This document shows positions 37,100-51,764 of a stretch of 64,000 bases of DNA, one piece after another (within the stretch, counting starts at the first letter, position 1; every line of letters begins with the position of its first letter). The notes under the pieces were generated by a model. That model was given only the letters and a program-made list of their open reading frames with translations. It was not told the DNA's origin and did no database searches. This stretch comes from Tubiluchus corallicola (taxonomy: Eukaryota; Animalia; Priapulida): NCBI GenBank assembly GCA_030141605.1, contig JAQGDQ010000027.1:1-64000 (forward strand), read 5' to 3'. Position numbers and translations under genes: made by a program.

Positions 37100-40000
37100 T
37101 GCACATTTTAATGTGTGACACTAGAAATGACTTATTGCCTATTTTTTGCAGCTTGAAGTGTATGAATGGCACAGTATTGCCTAACATATGAATGCTATAA
37201 AAGAAATTTTGGCATTTTGGTCAAATTCATTTGTTTTTACAACTATAACTTACATTTCCACTGTGAATGTATAGATAGTCTGATTGCTGGATGCAGGAAG
37301 AACAATTATAGAAGTAGATATGTACAAATAGTACGTCATGCGCCTATATAATATATCTCTTGTTGTTTATGTTTTCACTATATAATTGGATCTAAGTAGT
37401 AAGTTTTTCTGAATGTTTTTTGTGTATTGCTGTATAAAGATTTATGGCTAGCATTAGTTTCATTAATTAAATGTGATAAAATCTTTTGTTATTATCATAT
37501 ATACATTAGACAAAGGTACTGTTGATAGTGAAGACGCCAGATGTAAAAGTAGAGAATGACTACCTGTATTTGAACTTTTTTTGTTGCTAATCTGTATACA
37601 TGTCATTTTTGTCACCATTTTCTATAAACTTGTTAAATTTGATTTGTGAAATTGAAGTGAAAAGAAAAAAGATGAAAACAAGAATAAGAACAATGCAAAA
37701 GAATGAAAAAGAAAGAGTAAGATGAATAAATGAGTAAAAGAAAGTGAAAAGAATGAGAAAAAAGAAAAGAAAGCAATGTTTTCAGAAAGAAAAGATGCTC
37801 AGGTTGAATGAGCCAACAAAAAAAAGAAATTCCGAAAGAAAATTCTGATTTTGCTAATCTGTTGTGATGTCCGCAACAGCTGTTGTCATTTCCTGTGATT
37901 TCTGTGTGCGCAGGTAAGTTATGTAACAGTTGATAATGAGAAAACATCAAATTTTTGTATTCTTGCATTTGGCTGAGCTGTCACTGGCTTTCTGTGGTGT
38001 CTGGCATTTCTGCCGTGCCTTTCATTCACCTCATTTTATCAACTGTACCCTTCTTTTGCCCATTTTATCCACCTTTGCCAAAAATTGTGACACCACGGAA
38101 CAGAACTGGTGAGGAGAAAAACAACAAACCCATGGATCATAAATTATTGGAATTTACACAACATGGACCTGATAGAAGATGTTACCACGTGATCGTGCAC
38201 AAGATTTCATGCAGCCTTGAACAAAAGATGAGGTTTGCACAAGATAAAACTTTATTTTATTACGTTTTACATACAAATAAATTCTTGATATATACCGTTA
38301 CTGTCATTTTATCAGCAGCATATGAAAATGAGCAAAATATCATTTTGGATAAATGAAAGAAGCCAAAAATATTCATAATTTTTTTGTGTGGATGTGAATT
38401 GTAACTATTTGTTTTTTTCAGATTTTTTTTGAAAGATTTGTCTGATCAAAATACCTTGTTAGTCTGGTAAAGGAAGGTATACTTAGAGAATACAGTCGCT
38501 CATGGATTTTTGAATCTTAAAGTGTGTAAGTACCATTATTAGTCAAATAATTGTAAAAATGCAAAAGTTTAATGTGGCTTTTAACTTCTGGTTTGCTCAT
38601 AACTTTGCTTTCAGGATTGCGTTCTTTAAAATGTAGTGTTGAAAAGGCTGGATAAGTTATTTATAGATTAACAATACCAATTTCTAGTTCAAGTAGTAAA
38701 TCTGCAAAAGCGTTTTGATAGTAGGAATTATACTGTTGTAAAACAACTTCGGAGTGAAGCACTATTTCAAGTCTATTTCAAGTGTTTCACCGCATGTGGT
38801 TGAACGTTTTCTATTAACTATTACTAAATTAACTTCAAGATCACTAACCAATGAATTTCCCAACCTTATCCGTGTTTTACATTTTTAAGCTCAAGAATAC
38901 CTTCTGGCAGCTATAAAAAAAACCTAGCCTATATGTTGGCTAGTTGCCTTACGGTCAAATTAAAATCATTTTGAATCAGAAGAAAAATGCCTCATCAAGA
39001 ACTAAAGAGCCTCATTGTGTGTACAAAGTCTGTTTGTAATTTCAAAAATTCATTAAAGTGGAATTAAAAGTATAATTAATTCTCAAGGTCATAATGACGT
39101 AAGAGTAATTGTCAAAATTTGCACTGCCTTATTACTTTATTCCAGTCTCTTATACGTGGACATAATTAGATGCATACAGTAGTCCAGGATCGTACACAAA
39201 TCTTGACCTTGGACGATTTTAGGATTTGAGGTTCTTTGAATCAATTGCAACCAAGTAGAGATGTTCTGAGGGAGGCACATAAATTTTATATGCATTCGGT
39301 ATGTATATTTCATGAAACCCTTGACTGAATTATCCTTTTTACTATGTATGCTAGAAATTTTAGAAATTGTAAAAAACTTTGTGGACGTGCATATTGTGCT
39401 GTCCATCAAAACTTTGTGCTGTACATCTCAATTACCATGTCGTGCGTACCCACAATCAAGAACGACAACTAATCCGAAAATAGAAATTTTAGTTGCTCGC
39501 TGTTTCAAAATTTTGAAGTGCTACATATGTGGCTCTACCTAGTGACCTAAGTAATAATTAATCAACCACTAAAGAATTTTGTAATAATAAATAATAAGCT
39601 ATTTCTGGCTATTTCAGACAATTCAGTGGAATATTTGCATTTGTTTACTCCTCTGTCCACTTCATTAATAACTTTCTTATAGAATTTCTCATTAATTTTA
39701 TGCAAGTGCTTTTATGACAACAAAATAAATTGCTATCAGTGCTACCTATTATATTTACTGTTCCACAAACTTCTTGATAAATTATTTTTGTAGTTTAGCC
39801 ATTGGCATATTAAAGGAAAATGAAGCATCTTAGACAAAATATATGTTTGCTAGACCAAAAGTGAAAACAAAAAGAGCAGTTAATACTTTTATAAATAGAT
39901 GTATTTTTAATGAAGATTATCATTACTATTTTCATCTTTACTGTTCTCTGTTGGTTTTATAATCATTTCAAATTTATTTATTACATAAAAATTCTTTTTT

Positions 40001-40325
40001 TACATACTTTTAAGTACTCAAAGATTTGTCTTAATTAAAATTATAATTTGATGTATTGTAAGCTTATCATCTATGTATTTTGAATTGAAATATTGTAAAT
40101 CAGCTTGTTTATGTATTCTTTCAATTTAACTATTGTAAAGCACCCATAAAAGTAACTTTTTATTAAAATTTAAAACTTGCATTCTTACTTGCTTGCTTGC
40201 ATACTTACATGCTAAATTTGTTATAATAACTGGCATATTTGTTGTAATTCAACCTTTGTCTTAAAACAAAACCAGATTTAATCTTAAACTGTAGGTCAAA
40301 ACAATCTACTCTTTATAATATTGAA

Positions 40326-40865
40326 AGGAAACACTATTTTTTCAAAAATGACTTACGTGAAAGAATTATAACCACACACACAATTTCGCGTTCGTTCCAC
40401 AAGTTTTTCGCTGTTACATGCATTTTGCCATTCGCTGGTTAGACGGGCACTAGCACCTGCATTTCGGAAATGCATTGCACAAGAAACAGGTGCTGTACCT
40501 CTTACTTCAGATGTGTTAATTTGTGATGAACTGCACATTCGACAGCTCATGCATGAGCACAGCAGTAAATTTGATATTTGTATTTTTATCTTAAAACATG
40601 CCTAGTTTTAGTACAACACACTGAATGTCTTACAGTAGCAATTTTCGCTTTCGCAAACACATGTAGCGCTCGTGGAAAAGTTTTGCTGTTGAACATTATG
40701 CTACTTTGTGATGTCATCAATAGCTGGGCTCGCCCGCCGTTAACTGAGTTCTTAATCTATCATTTAATTATCAGGAAGGCTTTTGCAGTATTAATAATAT
40801 TAAAATGTGTACTTTTTATCGGATTTGAAAATGGGATAGTATATGAAAAATCATCCTGTCTTCCT
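40326..40865 (-). mobile_element. Kolobok-like non-autonomous DNA transposon, copy 3 (inverted)
   Basis: Reverse complement matches 1661-2239 and 10427-11011, e.g. gaaaaatcatcctgtcttcct|ttaa and acaggtgctgtacctc. Confidence 0.7.
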
Positions 40866-42790
40866 TTAATATTACTGTTGCCTTTTATTGCTCACATTGC
40901 TATACAGACTAAACATGCACTTAGACCACAAAGGCCGAAGGGGCATTAAACTAACAAAAAATAAATTAAAAACAGATAAAATTTTAATAAAGTATGTTAA
41001 AACTATTAAAAATGTGAGACTTAAAGGGCTAGTAGAGAATTAGGCGCCTTAACTGGCTCATATTATTACTAGCTTGACATGTGGGCTCGGAGATTGTGGC
41101 TACTGAGCAGCCTGAGCTGCTTACTGCTGAATTGAATTGAATTGAATTGAATTACTGCCCCAATGATGACATTGATTGATTACATAATGTGTCATATCAA
41201 CTACCTGCTATGTATTAGCAATGAATTGATATTTTTATTTTTGATGTATATGACGGTATTACTGACGCCAATATTTGTGCGAAGTTGATAAGAGCATTAG
41301 CCATTGAGTTAATGAAATTAATTAGTCTATGAGGTTGTCCTGAATGTTTACCTTAGTTAAATCATTCCAATAACTAGTGTCACCTGGTGCTGCAAATGAC
41401 TATTTTTGCTATTGGCAGCTTGGTAGGAGGCATCATGTTTTCTTATTTGTAGTAGATTTATTTAATTAAAATTCCATATTGAAGTCAATAAAGAATTTAA
41501 GCGTTATAAATCCTATTATAGAACAATGGAATTTGTTTTATATAATATAATGTCGCGTAATTTGTACCACATAATACGTATGTTTTGGGCGTGAAACATA
41601 CACGCGGTGACGTGGAGGAAATGAGAGAACCGAGGCACCAGTGCTGGGTGTGCTTAGTTAAGCAGTTTTTTCCACTTTTCGTAGTGGTTTCACAAGCTTT
41701 GCTTCTTGACCACCATGCAGCATATTTCTGGTTGATAAACTATTATGTGATTTAGTAACTATATTAGTACAGTTCTTTTACAATTAGTATAATTATATTT
41801 GCATTTTTTCTTAACTATATCACATATTGGCATATCAATATAATTTTGTTACGATTATTGTAACTATAATTCCTTTGATTTATAATAGTTGCAATATGAT
41901 AATGTAAATTGTAATTATGCTGAGGTGGAAACTACAATTACTGTGGCCAGTGATTCCTGCTTCTGTGTTTTTTTCCTTGTGGTTTTATTTGCTGTCTCCG
42001 TATCTTAATATGCGATTTTGTCTTTTTTGAAGTATGACATTTCGTTGTAAGTTCAGTCATATTTTCTGATTTTTCCTCTTCTTTTTCTAACCTGGTGGTT
42101 TTTCTAACCCGCAGCGGTGGCTTGAAACGTCGTGTTTAATTGTAAGATTTTTCATTCTTATCACTATTCTTGCCTTTTCATAAGCGATTATTCTACGTTG
42201 GGAAGCTAGAACTTGGGCTATAAGTAAACGTTTTCAGTCTCAGTCTTACTATTGTACCTTAACGCAGTTTCCCAAATTAAAAAACCGTGTTCTTTGCCTT
42301 TAAATCCACATTCGTCTTCGAATTAGGAAGCTAATTCTAAAGATCATTTTCCTGACTCAGTGTCCTTTACGCCGTTTTTATGGTCATGATACAAAACCGT
42401 CTGAAGCCCGTTAATCATATTAAAGTTTCTGTTTGGCTTCTTCTCATGCATTTACAGACACCTAATACGGTTTGACCTACACGTCTCCTTGAAAATTTTA
42501 TTACGTTAGGATTCCTCGTGAAAATGGGCAATTTATTATTAAGCATTTCACGTAATGATGAGACGTTGCTCTTTCAATGAATTCGTTTTGCAACTGGGGA
42601 TGGGGTCGGTTAATTTTATTGCCAGTGAGTTAATCTAAAGTAAATAGTTATATGTTTGATGCCTGTATTTAAAATCAATCAAATCAAACAATTTATCTAG
42701 TCAATACAATACAGTTAATATAATCACAATTTATAATGCTATTGATATTATTTATTTTGCAGTTTCTAGTCTGTCCAAATTGCTAGTATA

Positions 42791-42811
42791 TTATTATTAT
42801 TATTATTATTA

Positions 42812-42893
<82 letters not shown>

Positions 42894-43230
42894 TCAGGCA
42901 AAAATCACCGATATACAAATACTTACAAAACTACAGGTAAAGCTAAGATAAAACTGACATAATAAAAATAATTACAGATTCACTAAAGTAACCCTAAAAA
43001 GCTTATATAAATTGAAAATTTGGAGATAAAAGTTCATTCCAAAATTTGAACCATTCGATTTGTATAGTAGGCAGAATTCAGAATTAACAATATTAACAAC
43101 ATACATGTTATTTGAGAACAGCAGTCTATTTCTAAGGCTATATAACCGGTGCTTCTACAACTGCAGCCAAAACTGGGCAAACAGCCTATTCGTGAAGTGT
43201 ATATTATTTCACCGTTTGAATAAAACAAAT
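42791..43230 (-). mobile_element. (ATT)n microsatellite (42791-42893) with adjoining possible non-LTR retrotransposon 3' remnant
   Basis: The microsatellite is certain. The adjacent minus-strand frame reads YSLRNRLLFSNNMYVVNIVNSEF, reminiscent of a LINE ORF2 C-terminus before an (AAT)n tail; that assignment is weak. Confidence 0.35.
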
Positions 43231-46200
43231 AATTATATTTATCTCATGAATTTCGTCATCAAGGACCGACGTAATAATAGTCTGTTACCGCGCAATGATG
43301 GCGACATTATTCACGGTATTCCTAAAAAAACGGTGCAGTAAAAATATGACATGTATGACATAATGAACCTGAATTACTGCGTCTCGAGTTCGTGACATCA
43401 TAACAATGTACTTTTACGTCATTAGTACAATTTTCCTATCCTGCAACTTGATATAAGCACAAGTATTGGACTTTGCATAGCGTGAAATTTGTACTCATGT
43501 CGTTAGTTAACGCCCTGTTTCTTTTGGAACAACGTGTATCAGCCAATGTTTGATACCACTACATACATGTAATAACGTGGAGTGCGCACGATTTTCAGCT
43601 AATAAATATAGAAACTGCTGCGTTCACTGCTAATACCAGAAAATCTCATAGTAAATGTAGCGTTTGGTTGGTGTTTTTTTAAAGGAAATCATTGTCCAGC
43701 TTTGCAAGCATATTGATTCATGTCAATAGACAGTCAGCTGGTTTTGCCAACAGAAAAAACTACACTGAGCAGAATTTCTGGGAATCTGGGGTTTATTTTT
43801 GTGGGAAAAATTATGAGTGCGTGTGTTTATGCAGCTTTCCTTCTCTCTTTAATTGACACCTTCAATGCAAGTGGCTAAAGAGCAAACAAACAAACAAACA
43901 AATAAGGTGAAACAAGACTGAATGTATCCAGTTCCAAATTCGCGAGCATGGCTCTGTTTATCGCTAATCCAGTGTGGTTTACTCATGTCAAAAACCGTAG
44001 ATGATATTATTATCTATGATAACTACGCTCATGTGTGACTGACCGGTGTGCACGGTGCTCCTGACTAATTTTCACTTGACCGTGCCTGGTCCAGTGTGGT
44101 TTACGTTTATGTGACTGAGCAGTTTGCCTTAATTAACACATTTTAGCTCCTGTCTCACTCCCTTATACCATAAGTGTCAGCCGTCTACATTTTAAGTTTC
44201 ATCACTCTACGTACTATAGTTTTCGAGTTAGTCAATGTTGTCAGTTGTCACTTGATGTTTAACAAAAATCAGAGAATGAAGTTTATCATTATCAATCTTA
44301 TCTTTATCTGTCAATATATCAGCTAAGCTCAATCTTAAATATACCTAGGTTGCTGTAGAAAGTTAAACGATGTCATAGTTGAGCATATATTACATTTGTA
44401 AATTATATCTCCCAGAAAGCCATAATTATGTAGTATATCATTGTGTCATTATGAAAACACACGCAACTACTTCCTTGTTAGGTTATACATTGTTGACTAT
44501 CAATATTTGCCCTAGAATGAAAAATTACGAGTAAGCAATATACACGTAGTTTTATTTCGTAAGCCTTGTTGTTGACTTGCGTGGGCTGGAAAGTTGAAAA
44601 TATGTTTACCTTATACAGGCTTATAATTTAGCAATCCAATGTGATGATTTTCAATTTTTGTAATACTCAAAAATAATTTCAGGTAGTGATGCTTCATATC
44701 AGTGTAGAATCTCTCGTAATATAATTGTGAAACAAAATGCAATGTATATAACGTCATACTTTGTTAGCAAGTGAAAGCGTTAAGTTAGTGGAATCCAAGG
44801 TTATTATAAGACAAGCAAAACATTTTCTAATTATACTTAATTTTGTAAATTACATTTGCTGTTCTGTTTTGTTTGTTCTTAAGTTGTACGTCTGTTAGTC
44901 TTGATAAAGACCTTTGCTAAGACGTTGAAATTGACATTAAAGTTTTAGTTTTTATTAATACGCCTTAATGCAGTTTGTTTTAGCTTATGTGGATGGTCCC
45001 GTTATATACAGTTGATTCACACTGTTAGTTCTTACTTGTTTAAATTTAGCTTAAAACTGAAATTTTAACACCTATATTTGTTATTAAATTTTCATACTTG
45101 AAACGCATAGTAATAGCCTATACGTACAGCAGATTTTATGTAAATATATGTAAAGTGGCATGTCGCGCGCGTATGCGCGCGCGAATGTGTGAGCGTGAGC
45201 GTACGCGTGCGTTTTATTTGAAGGTGAGAAGATACGCATTACGCACGCTGACAACGCTTTTTCCTACTTCACGTACATCGAGACTTTTTACAACAATGGA
45301 GAGCAAGATTTAACAACTCATATAATTATAGCTGTGATATTGTTAACTCATTAATATACCACAACACTACTCTGTATTGAACAACATTTATAATTATAAG
45401 TTATTTTATTATTAAACAAGGAATTGTTACTGATGAATGTTACTCAAATTAAAACAATGTGTAGTTTCAATTGGTATCTATAATTTATTCACATAAATAT
45501 TGCACTTCCGGCCTTCATAAAAAAATTTTCAGTGACGTAAAATGGAAATCAAAAAGAGTTTCGGAAAATTCTAATTTTTCCAAAAAATTGCTGTATTCAA
45601 ACGCAGGCACTATAATTATGAATATATATATTATAGGCTACATATTATATATAAGAATATTCAGAACATATCCAGAACAGATAGGCTTATATACATTAAC
45701 GTAGATCATGTAGTTTCTAAACATTTTGCCTATTATACGTATTTCAAACAAGTTTCAAAAAAATTGATGACTGTAAGCAAGGTTATATACTTAAACTAGT
45801 ATAATACTATAGTGTTATATGTATTTATATAATTATTTAACTCTAACAACTACTTGGCTGGACAGTTTCTACAACTTTCAGGTAAACCGACGTTGTATGA
45901 AACAGCCTGCACTAAGAATCACAGTAATTGATGATGGTCAGTCTAATTAAGCTATCTAAACACTAAACTAACTCCAACAGTAAACATTTAACACTGCAAC
46001 GTATATGCCTTAAACACACTTGATAAATCACTGTACTAGTCAAAAAATAGAAATATAGAACGAATATTGACGAATGACGTAAAATTTTTGTGTTTCGGCC
46101 CCACAATTGTTCATCTTTATTGCAATCGCTTTCTAAAAACGTTCAATAAGCACCAGTTATTGCAATTGGCACAAAAGTACAACATTTTACTCCTATTGGT

Positions 46201-47609
46201 ATTCCTTGTGCATTGGACATACGTTTGGTATCGGGATAATTATATTGACCGAATTTTTGGGGTTGAATTTTCTATATTAATGTATTTTTAATTCACTTAG
46301 AACTCATACCATGTTATTGTTCAGGTCCTCTTGGAGTCGTAGCACAACAACTTACAGTCTTATAAAAAACAAGTAAAAGTGACAAATTACTATTATTACG
46401 TACAATAAAATAACAAATGATATCTAAAAGTTAGCACCAGTATTGTCAGTTACAGTGTCAACTTTCAAAGTTGTACACACCTTTGCTACGTAAACTTTAC
46501 ATTATTATAGTTTATGTAATACATAGAGAAATTTTTAATAACGGCAGCAGTGATAGTCATGATCTAGCATAAGACCTCGGCAGGAAATCAACCAACAACA
46601 CCCTTCCGGTTTCCCTAGAATTTTCCTAACAGTAGAAACCCTAAGCCAGCGCTTACTCACATAAACATATATAGACTATAATTATTAAATAAGTAAAAAT
46701 ACATTGCACATTCAGTATACAAGTATTCTTAATTAACTATAACTATGTAAAAAATAAAGAAAAATACAACATTGAGCAAAGCCAGGTGAGAAAGAAATTT
46801 AGAGACTCTCACTGCGTAAACACTATTTGTTATCTGAAAGTATATTTACATGCAAATGACAGAATATAAGCTTTATTACCTACTGTAGAGCGCCCATTGA
46901 AATACATGTAAAGGAAAATACAGTGTAATATTAAGCTGCCAACTGATTCATGTATGTTTGAGCAACTAACAAATCATAATTGTGTATAAATGGGAGTGGT
47001 TACACGGTCGTACCATGCTATACGCAGAGCACAAACTGCCATACAGAGCTTAAATGTGTGGTAATAATTTATTAATATCCTGTACATTTTGCTGACTACA
47101 TCACGCACACTCGTTTTAAAAATTCCTTAAAATGCAGCTATAAAACAACGCTATGCATTATGTACAAGTGTGCACACAAATAAAACTTGTGTGCGTAGAT
47201 GTATATTTAAGATATTTTGAACAAGCCTAGTGTACATATTACCTTTAAGCTTATACAGTCGTATGCCAAAAAGGCATAATAAAATTATGAACATAACTAT
47301 AATGTACATTTTATAGTAACTACATTTCTAATTACTTTAAAAGTAATTCAAAACCTTTTTAAAGTAATTTAAAATGGATTTCGCTGTATCATCTGTGACT
47401 TTAAAAGTCGGCATAAACCAGTAACTATGCGTCTGCGTCTATTTGACTATTTTTATTTTTTAACATTACTGTTATATTAGTAAAAAATGAGGTAGAAACC
47501 AGCTCGTAGATGTAGTTTTCCGGTTCGTGGATTTTAATCAGAATCCAACTTGCGTTTTTGGTTTCATTAGGTGTTTGGCATCCAGAAGTTCCTGAAGTTC
47601 ATGAGAAGT

Positions 47610-47786
47610 TCACTGAAGCAACAGAGCTAAAAAGCCTGTTGTGAGTAGCCATGTTGTGGTAAAAGTTAGATTTGTGCCGTCCGACTTTGGTGTTGTTTTG
47701 ATATAAGCTGCAAAGATAAAACACACAAACTATCGGCAATACTATAACAGGAACAAGACAGATCAACTAGCACTTCGAGTTCTACA

Positions 47787-47832
<46 letters not shown>

Positions 47833-49374
47833 CGACGATGATGATGATGGTGGTGGTGGTGGTGGTGGTGGAGGTGGTGGTGGTAATAATATTCTTCGTT
47901 TTGAGACTATTTTACAAATCATTATAGCGCTTATATCGCCGAATAAGAAGAACAAATATCTGCGTAACAATTATCCACCCACACTTTACTTTCGTAAAAC
48001 CTATGCTCTTGGTGAGGAGGAATCAGCGGTAAGATTTTAAAACCTTCGATATCACTCGCTCTGGTACATTACTCACGACCGTCATCTAAGAATAGCTAGA
48101 TCCCGTTCTTACGGTAACTGGTTATTTTAATTAAAAACAATGAATCATTGCAGTAACTTTACTCGGTCAGAAAATTCATTGGTCACTGAACCATTGGCTT
48201 TGGTCAGCTAGTTCTGAAGTAACGTTTACGCGTTATGCGTTATCCACCTGCGGAAGTGTTGTGTATAAAAATCAACGAGAAATAGCTACAGTAAAGTAAC
48301 GCATAACGCAGGTCTGTTAAACGGATGAATTGAAAACAATCTAAACCGGTTTTTCCTCCGCATCCGCATAACGCATACGCACTTCCAGAGGACAAGTAAA
48401 CGCTACTTTAAGTTACCGTTGCTGAGGAAAACAGATATACCCCTCTCTTCAGATTTCTAACTTTAAAAGAGTGAAAATTGTAGGCTTGTGTCCAACAAGT
48501 TACCTTATAATTTTAATTGGCAGTTTAAATTAATAAGTAACTTATTTGTCAGAATAGTAAATTAAATCTAATGAAATAATCTTTTGCACTGTTTAATAAG
48601 CTGTTTATTGAGCGCACACGATCATTACAAAAATACTATTATCAATGCTGAAAATTAAGCAAAAAGAAATAATCAGTACATTCATGTCACTGCAACTGCC
48701 AAGGCACAAAAAATTACTACAAAATCAAAGGAGTGAATTTTAAGTTACCATTATACAAATAGAAATACCCTTCACATAGAGATTCTATGAAAAAGTAAAA
48801 AAAATTGTCTTCCACGAGATTCAGCAAAAAAAAATCATAACCACAAGGAAACACTCTAAAATTTGAGATAAGAAAGCACTGTAATAAGTGGTTTTTGGAA
48901 TAATCTTCTGCAAGTGTTCGTGTCGTAAAGAACTAAATGTGGCCAAGACATTCAGAACGAACGATATGTATTGTAAAGATGTCCAATAACTCTGTACACC
49001 AGAGACAGTAATACTTCCTGTTAATTTCCTGATGTAAATTCGTTTTTTAAAACCAAGGAATCTCTTTAAATTTGTGCCAAGATATTATCTGAATATCTTA
49101 AAATTAATGTTATAATAACTTTACTGTTTTACTACGAAAACTGAATGAAGTGCAATATTATGTCTTGTACAAAAAGAAAATTAAAGTGTTCACTTCACTT
49201 GTTATAAATAAAATAAATTTTGCCAATAGTCTACATACAGAAATAGTATCCAATCTTCGTCATATTACTTTAAAATCGCTTAGAGTGAATCGACTTACCA
49301 GTGGTTTTTGTTGTTGCTGAGGTGGTATTCGTGAAAGCAGTGGTCTCCGTTGTATTTGCGCCTGGAGTAGTTAA
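47610..49374 (-). CDS. Two exons encoding a Thr-rich stalk and a GPI-signal-like C-terminus (upstream exon unidentified)
   Basis: Exon 49374-49299 (ttttcttcag / G|gtaagt) reads LTTPGANTTETTAFTNTTSATTKTT; exon 47707-47610 (tctttgcag) continues in phase 1 as AYIKTTPKSDGTNLTFTTTWLLTTGFLALLLQ*. Confidence 0.6.
47787..47884. repeat. (GAT)n(GGT)n compound microsatellite
   Basis: Directly visible. Confidence 0.95.
48217..48408. mobile_element. Small inverted-repeat element, possibly a PIF/Harbinger-like MITE
   Basis: Ends AAGTAACGTTTAC / GTAAACGCTACTT, with internal inverted GCGTTATGCG / CGCATAACGC. Confidence 0.45.
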
Positions 49375-49549
49375 CTGAAGAAAACATTGCAATGTCATAA
49401 ATTATTTAATTGTACTGACGAAGGTATCAATGTTATTATGTTATTACACGTTTTCTGTTTCTTGCAGTTCGTTAAAACTATAAAATGCTGTCCGTCATGC
49501 ATGAAAAAATCTTAACAGAATGCATAAAAGTCATTTTTGGGCTCGCTCC

Positions 49550-49579
49550 CCCCCTCTCTCTCTCACTCCTCTCTCTCTT

Positions 49580-49625
<46 letters not shown>

Positions 49626-49637
49626 TCTCTTTCTCTC
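49550..49637. repeat. (CT)n microsatellite
   Basis: Directly visible. Confidence 0.9.
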
Positions 49638-51719
49638 TAAAGCTTTGCGGTGAGTAAATATTTTCTACGGCTATGCTTTAATTCACTTTGCACTATCTAT
49701 AAACTATTGTGCATACTCACTTTTGCTCTTGCTCTCTGTCCTGAAATCTTTTGTGTCAAAACCATACAAACTATAAAAACGATGCTCAGTTTTTTCCATG
49801 CTTCCATTGTGATTAATTTTTTTTCTAGGAAGAAGTATCTATATACGTTGTACAGATGCTACTATTGCTCCCAAAACTAAGAACGTGCCAGTGTAGAAAC
49901 TTTGGTGAGTGTATTATATATACAATATGGTAGACAAAAGCAGGAAATTGAACTGTCGGAAACGCTCTTCCGTTTAACTGCCATATACTCAAGAAGCTGG
50001 GAAGATCAGACTTCCTATTCAATATCCCTTCTGTTAACTAGGATTTTTGCAGAGTAGAAGGCCACATCTGTTTTTATAGTAATTGGCTATCATTGAATGT
50101 ATTGCATATCCAACCTTTATTGAGACCTGCATGGGCATTGGGCCTATTAATTAACTTCACTATTCTGCAAAAAATAGCCCGGTAGCAGCCGTATTTAAAG
50201 AAACGGACACGTCATTTAGCATATTGGATTTATTTTACTGCCACTATTTAAGCTTAGAAAAATATAACAAAGAAACTTGCAAAAAAACCGTCTATAAAGC
50301 ATAAAGCTAATTTATGCTACCACTGTGTAGAAGTCTTCAGGCACAGTGGTAGCCGCCCTTTATTTGCAAATTATGACGTAAATGCTGGACTTCGTGACTT
50401 TTCGTAAGCGTCCGCTGCTTAAACTAATGCAAACTTTTGCAGCTTACCTAATGTTCATTCAAAAATTTCACAAAATAGTAATCTAATTTTTGGTAAAAAG
50501 TTGTTGTGCTTTTTACGGAAATTGATAGTGCGCTGCTTTACCTAAGTTGATGAACGATGTCATTGGTGGAAGAATGAACGTTCAGAAAGGAAGAATGATC
50601 GTAACGTTAAAGTGATTTTACTAATTAAAAAGAGGCACTTATCACACTCTTATTACTTAATCCTTATAATACATTTCGCGCATATTGAAATAAACCGAAT
50701 TTCCCAGAAAACTTGGACTTTTCTTTAACATGAGTTAAATGGTTTCAAGAAATTTCTGAAAAAATATAAAAAGTGTTGCTGATGCGTAAAAAATTTGTGG
50801 TACTACACCTAGTACGTGCTGCCATAAAATGATGATAAACTTTCAAAAGATAAATTGGTGTCACACGATTTATTCATAAGCCTTTACAGGCTGTTCTGTC
50901 TGCTAGGTAATTACATAAGTTTATTGCTGCATTAGTTAAGCTTTTGGCTCCCTGCTGTGACTGACTGGCATTTGGTTGGTTGACTGAGCCATTGATTGGT
51001 GGACTGGTTTGTTAGCCGTTTGTTGATTAACTTTGTAAGTATTGATACTTGTTCAGTAAGCCAGAAAAACAGTTAGTCACTTACTTAACTTACGTCTTTG
51101 ACGACAAAGAAAACCTTATAAACTGTCAGACACGTTTATAACATGAATCCACCCAAATCTCTCCTCATCCTGTAGAACGTAATTTCGTCAGACTCACTTC
51201 CGGTCTGACTACAATTATGCGTAATACGCCTAAGTTGGCTGTTACGTCAGGAACCGCTCCTTCTTAGAACAATTTGCTACTGATGATATCACATGTCTTG
51301 TTCCTTTGTAGAAAAAGCCCTTTTGTGATATCCAATTGGTTTATAAATGTTCACGGAAAGTTAATTGTATCATTTGGAATTTTGCATAGGCTTGTTCAGT
51401 TGGGATACTGTAGCAAGAAATAGGCAGATCTAAGTAAGTAACAGAAATAGGCAAGCCTAAGTGCACCTAAGTAAGAAATAAAAATAAGCAGGCCTAAGTA
51501 AGCCTAAATAGGTTGTAGAAATAGGCATGCCTTAGTGGGCTAAATACGAAATTAACGAAATATAATTTCGTTTCGAATATCACTGTTAACGAAAAAAATA
51601 AGGCAAATCAGAGAAGTAACAAAACTACAGATATTCTGAAATAATTATCAGCTGATGTAAGGAAATAATTCCATACCGAATGCTGAAAGCGTGGCGAAAT
51701 TAGGAATGTAGTCCTACCC

Positions 51720-51722
<3 letters not shown>

Positions 51723-51764
<42 letters not shown>

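Noticed and set aside
37633-38356. ORFs in the purine-rich stretch after the RBM26 stop
   Set aside because: Low-complexity, probably 3' UTR; no splice or domain support.
40353-40949. ORFs of 65 and 123 aa (also 10616-10834)
   Set aside because: They lie largely within Kolobok-like MITE copies and show no transposase motifs.
42780-42962. Poly-Tyr/Ile ORF (and the poly-Pro/Ser ORF at 47782-47970)
   Set aside because: Trinucleotide microsatellite artefacts.
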